Origin: Nitrospirota bacterium
Lineage (GTDB): Bacteria > Nitrospirota > UBA9217
Assembly: GCA_963751455.1 (NCBI GenBank)
Contig: CAVVUN010000003.1
Coordinates: 224,001-288,000 of the forward strand
Length of the DNA stretch: 64,000 nucleotides
Direction: 5' to 3'
In this document: piece after piece, positions 51,120 to 60,287 of the stretch
Numbering within the stretch: the stretch's first letter is position 1
How the letters are laid out: each line of letters opens with the position of its first letter
Position numbers and translations under genes: made by a program
The notes under the pieces: model-generated
Seen by the model: only the letters and a program-made list of their open reading frames with translations
Told to the model about the DNA's origin: nothing
The model's database searches: none

Positions 51120-52637
51120 CCTTGTAGTTGCATAAACATTTCTTGAAAATATGCAGAAACCTCTGGAAACAGGCTTCATTATTGGATATAGTGCTCCTGC
51201 GATATCATTATTTCACTCAAGCAGGAGGCCACTGAAAGTGAAGTCCAGTAAAGCACAGGTTCTAAGCCGCGTTCACAAAATACCGGAACTGAAGTTCGAG
51301 GATCAACAGCTCACTTCCTACGCGGGCCTTGCTATCATTCAGGCATTCTTCACGAAGCTGAATCTGAAAGCCCGCTTGAAAAGCTGCTTTGATCATCTAC
51401 CGTCGAGCGCCATCTTCGGCAATCACGTCATTACGCTCGTGCTGATCGTGCATCTGATGCTGGGTTATCGGAAACTCCGCGACATCGAATACTATCAGGA
51501 CGACCTTATGGCGCTTCGTCTTCTGGGCCTCCGAAAAATGCCGGACGTTTCCACGATCAGCCGGGCATTGATGACGGTCGACGCAAAGGACATTTTGAAT
51601 CTTCGTCGGTTCTGCCGGGAAATGTCGCTCTCCCGCATACAGGGTTTGAAGCTTCGTCGCGTGACGCTTGATTTCGACGGCTCTGTGCTCTCGACCTCCC
51701 GATGGGCTGAGGGTGCCGCCGTAGGCTTCAACAAAAAGAAAAAAGGGCAGAGAAGCTATTATCCGCTTTTCTGCATGATCGCTCAGTTGGGCATGGTCCT
51801 TGACGTCCTGCCCCGTTCGGGTAACGTACATGATTCCAACGGCGCCCGGGCGTTCATCCTTGCGTGCATCGAACAGGTGCGTGCAACCTGTTCGGATATC
51901 GTCATCGAAGTGCGCATGGACAGCGCTTTCTTCAGCGATGAAATCGTCGGCGCGCTGGAGCGCGACGGAATTGAGTTCACCATCTCGGTCCCCTTTGAGC
52001 GGTTCTCCGAACTCAAACACATGATCGAAGCCAAAAAACGCTGGAGGCGTTACGATTCCGTTGTTTCCTATTTCGACACACCCTGGAAGCCGAAAAGCTG
52101 GGACAGCCGGTTCCGCTTTCTTTTTATTCGTCAAAAAGCCAAAAAGCAGTCAAAAGAGCCGGTGCAGCTTGATATGTTCACGCCGCACGAATACGGGTTT
52201 GACTTCAAGGTGATCGTTACAAACAAAACAACGACGGTGAAGAAAGTCCTGAACTTCCATCAGGGCCGCGGTTCTCAGGAAAACATCCTTGGAGAGCTAA
52301 AGTCCCAGTGCAATATGGATTACGTGGCTGTGAGAAGATTGCACGGAAATCAGCTATACATGATGTCGGCGATCATCTCGCACAATCTCCTGAAGGAACT
52401 TCACATGGTCGCGCATGAACCCGACCGGGGCACCACCGAAAAACGGGCCGCTCTTTGGGAGTTCACGGAGCCCAATACCCTGCGAAGAACACTTATACAG
52501 CGTGCCGGCCGCCTGACACAGCCCGGCGGCAAGCTAACTCTGACAATGAACGCCAATCCACGAGTCAAAAAGGGGTTGTTGCATTATCTCGACCGATTGC
52601 AACGGGCCGCATAGCGATTTTTTATGCAACGTTAAGG
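51120..52637 (+). mobile_element. Second IS1380-family element
   Basis: IRs CCTTGTAGTTGCATAAA / TTTATGCAACGTTAAGG; TTTA duplicated on both sides. Confidence 0.85.
51238..52614 (+). CDS. IS1380-family DDE transposase
   Basis: LTSYAGL, TLDFDGS, G.RSYYPL, RMDSAFF, GRG.QEN..GELK, LRRTLIQRAGRL. Confidence 0.9.
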   Translation: MKSSKAQVLSRVHKIPELKFEDQQLTSYAGLAIIQAFFTKLNLKARLKSCFDHLPSSAIFGNHVITLVLIVHLMLGYRKLRDIEYYQDDLMALRLLGLRKMPDVSTISRALMTVDAKDILNLRRFCREMSLSRIQGLKLRRVTLDFDGSVLSTSRWAEGAAVGFNKKKKGQRSYYPLFCMIAQLGMVLDVLPRSGNVHDSNGARAFILACIEQVRATCSDIVIEVRMDSAFFSDEIVGALERDGIEFTISVPFERFSELKHMIEAKKRWRRYDSVVSYFDTPWKPKSWDSRFRFLFIRQKAKKQSKEPVQLDMFTPHEYGFDFKVIVTNKTTTVKKVLNFHQGRGSQENILGELKSQCNMDYVAVRRLHGNQLYMMSAIISHNLLKELHMVAHEPDRGTTEKRAALWEFTEPNTLRRTLIQRAGRLTQPGGKLTLTMNANPRVKKGLLHYLDRLQRAA

Positions 52638-52701
52638 TTTATAGTTTATAGTTTTTAGTTGGTAGTTTCTTGATCACACCAGAACCTCTTAGGGTCACCC
52701 A

Positions 52702-52770
52702 TATGAAGAGTCCGCCAGTACTCTACCACATTACTTCCCGCCGCGACGAGGGGAAGCTCGTTTTAAAGCG
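52702..52770 (+). pseudogene. RAYT N-terminal remnant
   Basis: LYHITSRRDEGKLV resembles VYHITSRGNEGKPV of 29122; bracketed by GGGTCACCCATATGAA copies (52692, 52819). Confidence 0.6.
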
Positions 52771-53109
52771 ATCGAACCCGTATGGATTTCCTCACCCTCC
52801 AGCACATCAAACATCTGAGGGTCACCCATATGAATTATTAGTTGGATGTCAAAGAACAAAAACTGAAGCTCTTCCTGGATACGACCCAGGTCGAAGAATA
52901 CAAGTATCAACTGCGATGATTTGATCGGATATTTATCACGACATCGCGGCTTCAGCGAATTGAGTCCACGATGTCGTGAGCATTATTTTTGTCCACATGT
53001 CCTGGACGTTGTCAATTAGTCTTTAATGATTGCCGGACTTACCCTGCAACTTTGTGTATTGCTTAATTGCTGAAGAACGAGTATTAAATAAAAAAAGGGA
53101 GGATACGAC

Positions 53110-53562
53110 CTTTGCCGTATTTACAGCAGCAAGATCGTGAAATGGAAGGATCTCGGCGGGAAGGACGAAAAGATCCTGGCTCTTACCAAGGTGGAAACGG
53201 ACACCGTAAAAGCGACGATCCGAAAGACCGTTCCCTGCTTCAAGGATCTGAAGGAGGCGGCGTCGATCGCAGTCGTTCCTGCTTCGCCGGAGACAGCCGA
53301 GATGTTGAAGTTTTCGCGGTCGATCGGCTTTACCGACATGATTTATGTCCAGGCCTCTCAGGGGAAGATCGCGGCCTTGTCGTTCGATGGAGTCCAGCCG
53401 ACAATCGAAAATATCATGAAGAACAGATACAAGCTTGTGCAGACCTTCGGTCTGGTGACGAAGCAGAATGCCGCCGGACCGGTTAAGGATTTTATCAAGT
53501 TCATACGCGGGCCGAAGGGGTCCGCACTGATCAAGTCGCATTTCGCAATACCGGCATCTTAG
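53110..53562 (+). pseudogene. PstS-like substrate-binding protein, C-terminal fragment
   Basis: IYS.KI.KWKDLGGKDEKI...DGVQPT.ENI...Y.L...VKDFIKFI..P.G; no N-terminus or signal. Confidence 0.65.
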
Positions 53563-53971
53563 GACTGAAAAAGTATTTTGCGTGGTTCGACAAGAGGGCA
53601 CCGTCATCTTGAAGCGGTTTCCGGTTTTTAATTCTTAGTTTCAGATTCGAAAAAGCTCTCCTCGCGGGCCTTTCAGCTCTTCCTTTCAGCTCTTATTGTA
53701 AAAGCAAATCTCTTGTAATACCTGAATAATCCCGCTTCCACTCCTAATACTTGCAAAAAATTGATTCTTGTTGTAGTATTCTACGGGGTTGTTGAACACA
53801 TCCTTTCTGGCCATACATCTCACCTCATTCAGAAAACAATCAAGATCATCAGGTTCGAGAGCAATAAATAGAAACCCTGTTTATGGCGCGATCGAAAACC
53901 CGCTTTGCGCAGCCCGCTCATGATCCGGAATCCGCGCACACAAGGGGACCTTTGATCAGGATGAGTCAGTA

Positions 53972-56900
53972 TTGAAATTCATTCCACTGCTGTTGTTTGG
54001 TCTGCTTTCTGTTCTCCCTGTCCATGCGGCTGAAATGTCGGATCTCGAGGTCCGGACCGCGCACGATTGGGTGACTAATTCCTTCGAAATCCCGGGACAA
54101 GAGCCGTTTTCATTCAACTACAACGGGAGGACCTCCTCTCGATTTCTGGGTTCGTGGAGGGTCTCGCAATCGAAAACCACGCTCGACTCCCGGCGCGTCC
54201 GGCACGACATTCGGTATCGGGATGCGGCAAGCGGCCTGGAAATCCTGGTCGAAGCTGTCGAATATAGAGACTTCGCCGCCGTCGAGTGGGTGCTCAGGTT
54301 CAGGAATACCGGCTCAAAAGACACTTCGATCCTCCGTAATATCTGGCCGATCGACACATCGATGGGCGCTGCCGCGGGCCCGGGAGACTATCTTCTCGGC
54401 TATGCTGCCGGAAGCGCCGCCAAAGAGAGCGACTTTCAGCCGAAAAACGCGCTTATCGCGCCCGGTAGTTCAATAACCTTGAAGCCGTTCGGCGGACGTT
54501 CCTCGGGCGGCGGAACCACGCGCGGACCGCAAGAGGGCGTCCTTCCGTTCTTCAACATCGCATACCCGGGCGGAGACGGGTTCGCCGCAGCTATCGGGTG
54601 GACAGGACAGTGGAACGCAACATTCTCGCGTGCCGCTGGTCCCGCCCTCCGGGTGAATGCCGGAATGGAACGTGTGAATCTGCGGCTGCATCCGGGAGAG
54701 GAAATACGCACTCCCTCCGTGCTTTTGCTATTCTGGACCGGCAACGACAGCACGCGCGGCCGGACATTCCTCCGCCGCCTGCTGCTGGCGCACTATACTC
54801 CCCGGACAGGAGGCGAACTGCAAGCCGCTCCCGTGGCTGCTTCACCGAACGGAACCATCCCGATGGAAGCAGTGAGTGAAACAAACATGAAGCAGGCGAT
54901 TGCAAATATCGCGGCTCATCCGCTGCCGCTCGACACGTGGTGGGTGGATGCCGGGTGGTATGCCGGGAAAAATATTCCCTGGTGCGACCCGGCCCATCTG
55001 GGCTCCGCGGATTTCAACGGCGATGGCACGCTTGATCTCCTTTGCAGCACCGAGGACGGTAAACATCTCGTCGCCCTTTCCGGGGGCGACGGCAGCTTTG
55101 CAGCAATACAACCGTGGCCGGCTGCAGGCGCCTGGTGCGATCCGGCGCATCTTTCCACGGGTGACTTCAACGCTGACGGCAGAGCCGACCTGATCTGCAG
55201 CGGCGAGGACGGCATGCATGCTATTGCCTTCTCGGAGGGCAACGGCGCGTTTTCGTCGCCGGGGTGGTGGCAGCAGGCGTGGTGCGAACCGCGGAGCCTG
55301 GACATGGCCGACTTCAACGGCGATCGCAAGCTTGACCTCATTTGCAACGCGGACGGCGGCATACACTTCGTCGCCCTTTCCAAGGGCGACGGCAGCTTTG
55401 CGCCAATGCCGGCGTGGCCTGCCGGCGGCGCATGGTGCGATCCAAAGCATCTCGCGATGGGTGACTTCAACGGCGACAATAAAGCCGACCTGATCTGCAG
55501 CGCTGAAGACGGCAGGCACATTATTGCCTTCTCGGACGGAAACGGCGCGTTTTCCTCGCCGGGTTGGTGGCAGCAGGCGTGGTGCGAACCGCGGAGCCTG
55601 GACATGGCCGACTTCAACGGCGATCGCAAGCTTGACCTCATTTGCAATGCCGACGACGGCAAACACCTCGTCGCCCTTTCTCAAGGCGACGGCAGCTTTG
55701 CGCCGATGCCGGCGTGGCCTGCGAGGAGCGCCTGGTGCGATCCAAAGCATCTCGCGACGGGTGACTTTAACGGCGACCATAAAACAGACCTGATCTGCAG
55801 CGCCGAAGACGGCAGGCACATTATTGCCTTCTCGGAAGGCAACGGCTCGTTTTCCTCTTCGGAATGGTCGCATGACGCCTGGTGCGATCCGGCACATCTC
55901 AGAATAGGCGATTACAGCGGAGCGGGAAAAACCGGATTAAGTTGCCACTCGGACGACGGAAGGCACATCGTGGCATTCTCGAACGGGCTCGGCGGCTTTA
56001 TTTCGCCGGGCTGGTGGACCAACTCGAACTGGGCTGAAAATGTCGGGAACTTCGATCCCGACCCGGTCAGGTTCCCGCATGGGCTGAAACCCGTGGCAGA
56101 CGCAGCGCACGCAAAAGGGCTCAAGTTCCTTTTATGGTTTGAGCCGGAGCGCGCCATGCCGGGCACCTGGATGTACGACAATCATTTCGACTGGCTTATC
56201 CCTCCTCCCGGCAACTTGCCCGATGACGTAAACTACTTGTACAGGGACGGATTTCACCTGGTAAATTTAGGACTGCCTGAGGCGCGTGAGCTGCTGCGCC
56301 GGAAGGTGTCGGCCATGATCGCCGACATAGGGATCGACATCTATCGTCACGATTTCAATATGTATCCGCTCTATTACTGGCGCAGTCAGGATGAGCGCGA
56401 CCGGCAGGGCATGACGGAAATACGGTATGTCACGGGACCCTATGCGTTTCTCGACGGGCTCAGGCAGGATCATCCGGACCTCGTGATCGACAACTGCGCC
56501 TCGGGAGGGCGCAGGATTGATTTCGAAATGCTGCGGAGAGGGTTTGTGCTGACGAGGAGCGACTACTTGTGGGAGCCTGCGGGGCAGCAGAACCATACGT
56601 ACGGGCTTTCCGAATGGGTACCCATATCAGGAATCGGAGCGGCGAGCAACGACGCATACAGCGTGCGGAGCGGAATGGGCTACCATGGAGTCTTCGCATT
56701 CGACTACTTCTCCGTTGATCCCTCGTATTGGCTGCAAAGCAACAGGGTCTTGACCGAGATGACTTCCATGCGGGACCTTTTCCTGGGGGATTTCACGCCC
56801 CTTACGCCGACGGACAATGACAATTCCCGCTGCATTGCCTGGCAGTTCCATCGGCAGGATTCGGGCCGCGGATTGGTGCAGGCATTTCGGCGTGAGGGAT

Positions 56901-57094
56901 GCCTGACAGGAGCGATGACGGTCCGTTTGACCGGGTTGTTGCGATCGCGTGAGTACCAGGTAATCGATCTGGATGATGACATGCCGCGGCAGATGAGCGG
57001 CGACGAACTGATGGACCAGGGTCTGACGATCCCGTTTCCGTTGACAGGCGGGACCGCGGCCAGGGTCATTACTTTCACGCTGCAGAAACACTAG
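53972..57094 (+). CDS. Secreted GH36 alpha-galactosidase-like enzyme with inserted FG-GAP propeller
   Basis: LPFFN, AIGWTGQW, WVDAGWY, RFPHGLKPVAD..H.KG.KFLLWFEPER, YRHDFN, DNCASGGRRID, RSDY; seven DFNGD repeats. Confidence 0.88.
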   Translation: MKFIPLLLFGLLSVLPVHAAEMSDLEVRTAHDWVTNSFEIPGQEPFSFNYNGRTSSRFLGSWRVSQSKTTLDSRRVRHDIRYRDAASGLEILVEAVEYRDFAAVEWVLRFRNTGSKDTSILRNIWPIDTSMGAAAGPGDYLLGYAAGSAAKESDFQPKNALIAPGSSITLKPFGGRSSGGGTTRGPQEGVLPFFNIAYPGGDGFAAAIGWTGQWNATFSRAAGPALRVNAGMERVNLRLHPGEEIRTPSVLLLFWTGNDSTRGRTFLRRLLLAHYTPRTGGELQAAPVAASPNGTIPMEAVSETNMKQAIANIAAHPLPLDTWWVDAGWYAGKNIPWCDPAHLGSADFNGDGTLDLLCSTEDGKHLVALSGGDGSFAAIQPWPAAGAWCDPAHLSTGDFNADGRADLICSGEDGMHAIAFSEGNGAFSSPGWWQQAWCEPRSLDMADFNGDRKLDLICNADGGIHFVALSKGDGSFAPMPAWPAGGAWCDPKHLAMGDFNGDNKADLICSAEDGRHIIAFSDGNGAFSSPGWWQQAWCEPRSLDMADFNGDRKLDLICNADDGKHLVALSQGDGSFAPMPAWPARSAWCDPKHLATGDFNGDHKTDLICSAEDGRHIIAFSEGNGSFSSSEWSHDAWCDPAHLRIGDYSGAGKTGLSCHSDDGRHIVAFSNGLGGFISPGWWTNSNWAENVGNFDPDPVRFPHGLKPVADAAHAKGLKFLLWFEPERAMPGTWMYDNHFDWLIPPPGNLPDDVNYLYRDGFHLVNLGLPEARELLRRKVSAMIADIGIDIYRHDFNMYPLYYWRSQDERDRQGMTEIRYVTGPYAFLDGLRQDHPDLVIDNCASGGRRIDFEMLRRGFVLTRSDYLWEPAGQQNHTYGLSEWVPISGIGAASNDAYSVRSGMGYHGVFAFDYFSVDPSYWLQSNRVLTEMTSMRDLFLGDFTPLTPTDNDNSRCIAWQFHRQDSGRGLVQAFRREGCLTGAMTVRLTGLLRSREYQVIDLDDDMPRQMSGDELMDQGLTIPFPLTGGTAARVITFTLQKH

Positions 57095-57189
57095 GTCAAA
57101 ATAAATTAAGAAGTGAAAATTAGGAAGTAAAAAACTGATTCGTAATTCTTCCTTAGTTCCTTCTCCTTGTTTTTAGCTTGATCTTGTTA

Positions 57190-57320
57190 TTGCCTTTCCA
57201 GAACCCCTGCATCCCGCCTGCACCCAACGACTTCCATTGCTGATTTCGGATTGCGGATTTAGCACAGCTGTCGCAGCCGAGCTGCCCGGGGGGTTGGGAA
57301 AACCTCAAGCCACAGCAGAT
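57190..57320 (-). repeat. Family A repeat, partial modules
   Basis: TGCCTTTCCAGAACCCCTGCATCCCGCCTGCACCCAACGACTTC and CGAGCTGCCCGGGG..TTGGG (cf. 12281-12300). Confidence 0.75.
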
Positions 57321-57357
57321 GCAAAGCTGCATCTCACAATACGATAGAACTTCGTAA

Positions 57358-57388
57358 AAAAGGCCCGGGAACCAATCCCGGGCCTTTT
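57358..57388. terminator. Bidirectional intrinsic terminator
   Basis: AAAAGGCCCGGGA / TCCCGGGCCTTTT between convergent genes. Confidence 0.8.
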
Positions 57389-57419
57389 ATCATGCATGCA
57401 TTCCTTCTGACTTTTAGAA

Positions 57420-58967
57420 TCAATTGTAGTGGAAGAAATACCCGAAGCCGCCGGTTTCATAGAAGCCCATAAGACCGGTATTGGTCTCCGGGTGAGAGGG
57501 ATTCTGATAGTACCAGTCCTTATTCTGAGGATCGGCCTGGCAACTCGATGCGAACCTCGGGTCTGCCGGGTTAAAGCTGGTCTCTACGGTCGGATCGATG
57601 TACATATCACAGGTGCGGCGTGAACCATTGTACGTGACATCGAACTTCGCTTCTATACTCTGAACAAAGTGTTTCAAGACCTTCAGGTCCGCTGTTGCCA
57701 GCGGGGTATAGACGCCGTTGTCATAGAAAAACCATGCGACATCGACTGACGTGATCTTATTGCCGGCGTCTTTGTTGATCCTGTATGCCGGTACGAATCC
57801 CTTGAGCTGGCCTGTCGGGGTGATCGGCGGATTGATGTTCGCGACGTCGAACGCGGCCTTGACGACCCCGTTTTCCTTCCATTCCCAGAAGCCGGACGGA
57901 ATTGTTCCTGAAGTGAATGAGGCCAGCACGCTGTAGGTGATATGATCATAGCCGTTGCTGGCATAAAGGTCCGAGCCGGTTGTTTCCTGGCCGTTGTTCA
58001 CGGGATTGCATCCGGCGCCGCTGTTCTTGATCGGATTCGCATAGCTGTAGGTATTCATACCCATGGTTATGGTACCGGCTGACGCGGGCGGGTGCAGCGC
58101 TACGATGCCCGCATTGTAGCAGATTTGTGCCATGGTCACGCTGTCAACGTTCTGGTCGAGCTGGAAATTCATGCCCGTATAGGTAAGGGAAGGGGCCACA
58201 GTGAGTGCTCCAGCGCCCACAAGCGCTGAGAGGCTGCCGGTCCATGCAAAGTCAGGCCGGAGCTGGTACCATTTGCCTGCGCCGTTGTTGAACTGCCCAT
58301 AGTTGTTCACGATGTTCATCGCGTTCCGGAAGAACTTGTCCGTCTTCGCCATTGCCGTGATCTGCGTTGCCGAAAGGCTGAAATCCGCGGTGCCCACTGT
58401 TCTGCTGGTGAGCGCGTCGGTGGTCGTGGCAGACGGCCGGGAAATTGTGCCGAGGTCGATCGTTGCCAATGTAGAATCCGTGGCCGGGAAATTCAGCAGA
58501 TTGTTGGACGAGCCCGCGTTAAGGGCAAGGGAACCCACGAAGCGGCCGGTGCCGGTCGCGCTTGAATCGATCAGCATGAGGAGCCAGTCGCTGTCCTTGG
58601 CCAGGGAAAGATTGAATGTCCCGGCCGAGGGGTCAATTGTCGCGGATTGGCTTAATGCCATGGAATCGGCCCTGAGCGACCCGCTATTGATCGGAATCGC
58701 CGTCACTTTGTCGATTGTGGGGTCTCCCGAGGCCGCAACGGCCGGAGAAGCAAAGCCCAGGTAGGTAAATAAGCGAGCATAAAAAAGCGAAGAGGGTTTC
58801 GCGGCGATCTGGTAATTTCCCGATGAAGAACTGATCGTGCCGGAGAGCTGAACGTTACCCGCATTGCTGGTGCCGCCGTTGCCTCCTCCCCCTCCACCAC
58901 CACTGCAGGCGCCAATGAGCAACGATAAACTGATAACGATCATTGCAAATTTTTTCATACCTTTCAT
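57420..58967 (-). CDS. Hypothetical lipoprotein
   Basis: SD AAGGAGG; lipobox IGAC followed by poly-Gly linker. Confidence 0.8.
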   Translation of the reverse strand: MKGMKKFAMIVISLSLLIGACSGGGGGGGNGGTSNAGNVQLSGTISSSSGNYQIAAKPSSLFYARLFTYLGFASPAVAASGDPTIDKVTAIPINSGSLRADSMALSQSATIDPSAGTFNLSLAKDSDWLLMLIDSSATGTGRFVGSLALNAGSSNNLLNFPATDSTLATIDLGTISRPSATTTDALTSRTVGTADFSLSATQITAMAKTDKFFRNAMNIVNNYGQFNNGAGKWYQLRPDFAWTGSLSALVGAGALTVAPSLTYTGMNFQLDQNVDSVTMAQICYNAGIVALHPPASAGTITMGMNTYSYANPIKNSGAGCNPVNNGQETTGSDLYASNGYDHITYSVLASFTSGTIPSGFWEWKENGVVKAAFDVANINPPITPTGQLKGFVPAYRINKDAGNKITSVDVAWFFYDNGVYTPLATADLKVLKHFVQSIEAKFDVTYNGSRRTCDMYIDPTVETSFNPADPRFASSCQADPQNKDWYYQNPSHPETNTGLMGFYETGGFGYFFHYN

Positions 58968-59241
58968 AACTTCCTCCTTATTGTCATCGCCAGGCTTCTT
59001 TGCTTATGAGTGCCCGGAGCCCTTCTTGAACATATTGCCTGTATTATACATCTGAAGTATTACCACTTGGAAGAACAAATAGCAAGGGGGCAACAAGGAC
59101 ATTATCGAGACACTATTGAAATCTTCTTATTTAGTCTTGGCCTAATAAATACGGCGGACTCTCATCCGCCGTATTTAGCCATTGAAGCAAGCTGTAAACT
59201 GTATGTCCCCGCTGCAGATATTTTACTTTGAAAGCTGAGCG

Positions 59242-59911
59242 TTAAAAGAGAATCCCGGTCACTATAGTGTCTAGAATCGGAGTGCCGCTTGTGCTTAAGC
59301 TGCCGACCGCGGCATCACCTGCTTCCAAGAGGTACGTGGTATAAGACACATTGGCAATTTCAGCAGAGAGCAATGAAGCGTCGGCCGGGAGTTCCGGAAT
59401 AAGCTCAGCGGGAACGAGCGACTTCATGCTTGACCAATTATAGCCTGTTATTTTGCCCTTCGGATTAAGGCGTCCGTTCGTTACGGTCGGTTCTGTTACC
59501 GCGGTCATTCCTTCTGAACCGTTGAAAATATGGGTGACGGTTACCGTGGTCGACTTGCCTTTCCAGAGAGCACTATTCTGGCTCGCATTATCACATTTTT
59601 TCTTATTATTTATATAATAGGTGTTGTCGGTACAGGCGCCGGGCTCATTCAACCTCCGTTGTTTCCGTCGTTGAGTACTGATATGCGACAGTGTAAGTTA
59701 TTTCTACGACAACCTGCTTGCCGCTTCGGATCGCGCCGTGATTGACCGTGCCTGCTACCGCGGCATCACCCCCATCTGCAGTGCCGGGGTTTAAATACGT
59801 AGCGCTTACGACTTTGAAATCTCCGGTCACATCTGCGAACACCGGGCTTGCTATTGCTGTGAATGACAGAACTAAACCGATTAAGCCCAGTACCAATGCA
59901 AAGTTCTTCAT
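59242..59911 (-). CDS. Secreted hypothetical protein, probably one frameshifted gene
   Basis: Signal peptide ORF 59645-59911 overlaps 59242-59652; removing one T gives TEVNEPGAC. Confidence 0.6.
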
Positions 59912-60287
59912 TTTATAGCCTCCTTTTCGGTTATAAAGAGTATCAGAAAGTTTTTATTCCGTTTAAACTATGAATGCTTTTATTCAACGTATATACATTC
60001 TCTGCGGGCCGATCACCTCCCTAACCCGGAATCTCGCTCGCTTGATCCGTTGGTTTTTTTTCGAAGATCTCTTTTAAGAAAGCAAAATAAATACCATTTC
60101 CAGCATTTTGAAATTGCGGCAATTTTGGGCACATAATTGTCGCGGCTGCTGTTCCGTAAGCAAAATTGGCGTAGAAAAGTGTTACGGATGTTTCTTTTGG
60201 ATACAACTTTGATGTGAAAGGAACGACTCTGGGACAGCTCTTTCTTTACCCTTGACAAACCCTCTCTCCGGCATATAATCCCTCACC

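Noticed and set aside
54842-55897. Antisense ORFs over FG-GAP repeats
   Set aside because: GC-rich shadow ORFs of the GH36 gene
60137-60155. Minus-strand GCCGCGACAATT as a fourth AraC-type box
   Set aside because: Lacks the GCAAGAAA half, the 22-bp partner and a correctly spaced -10
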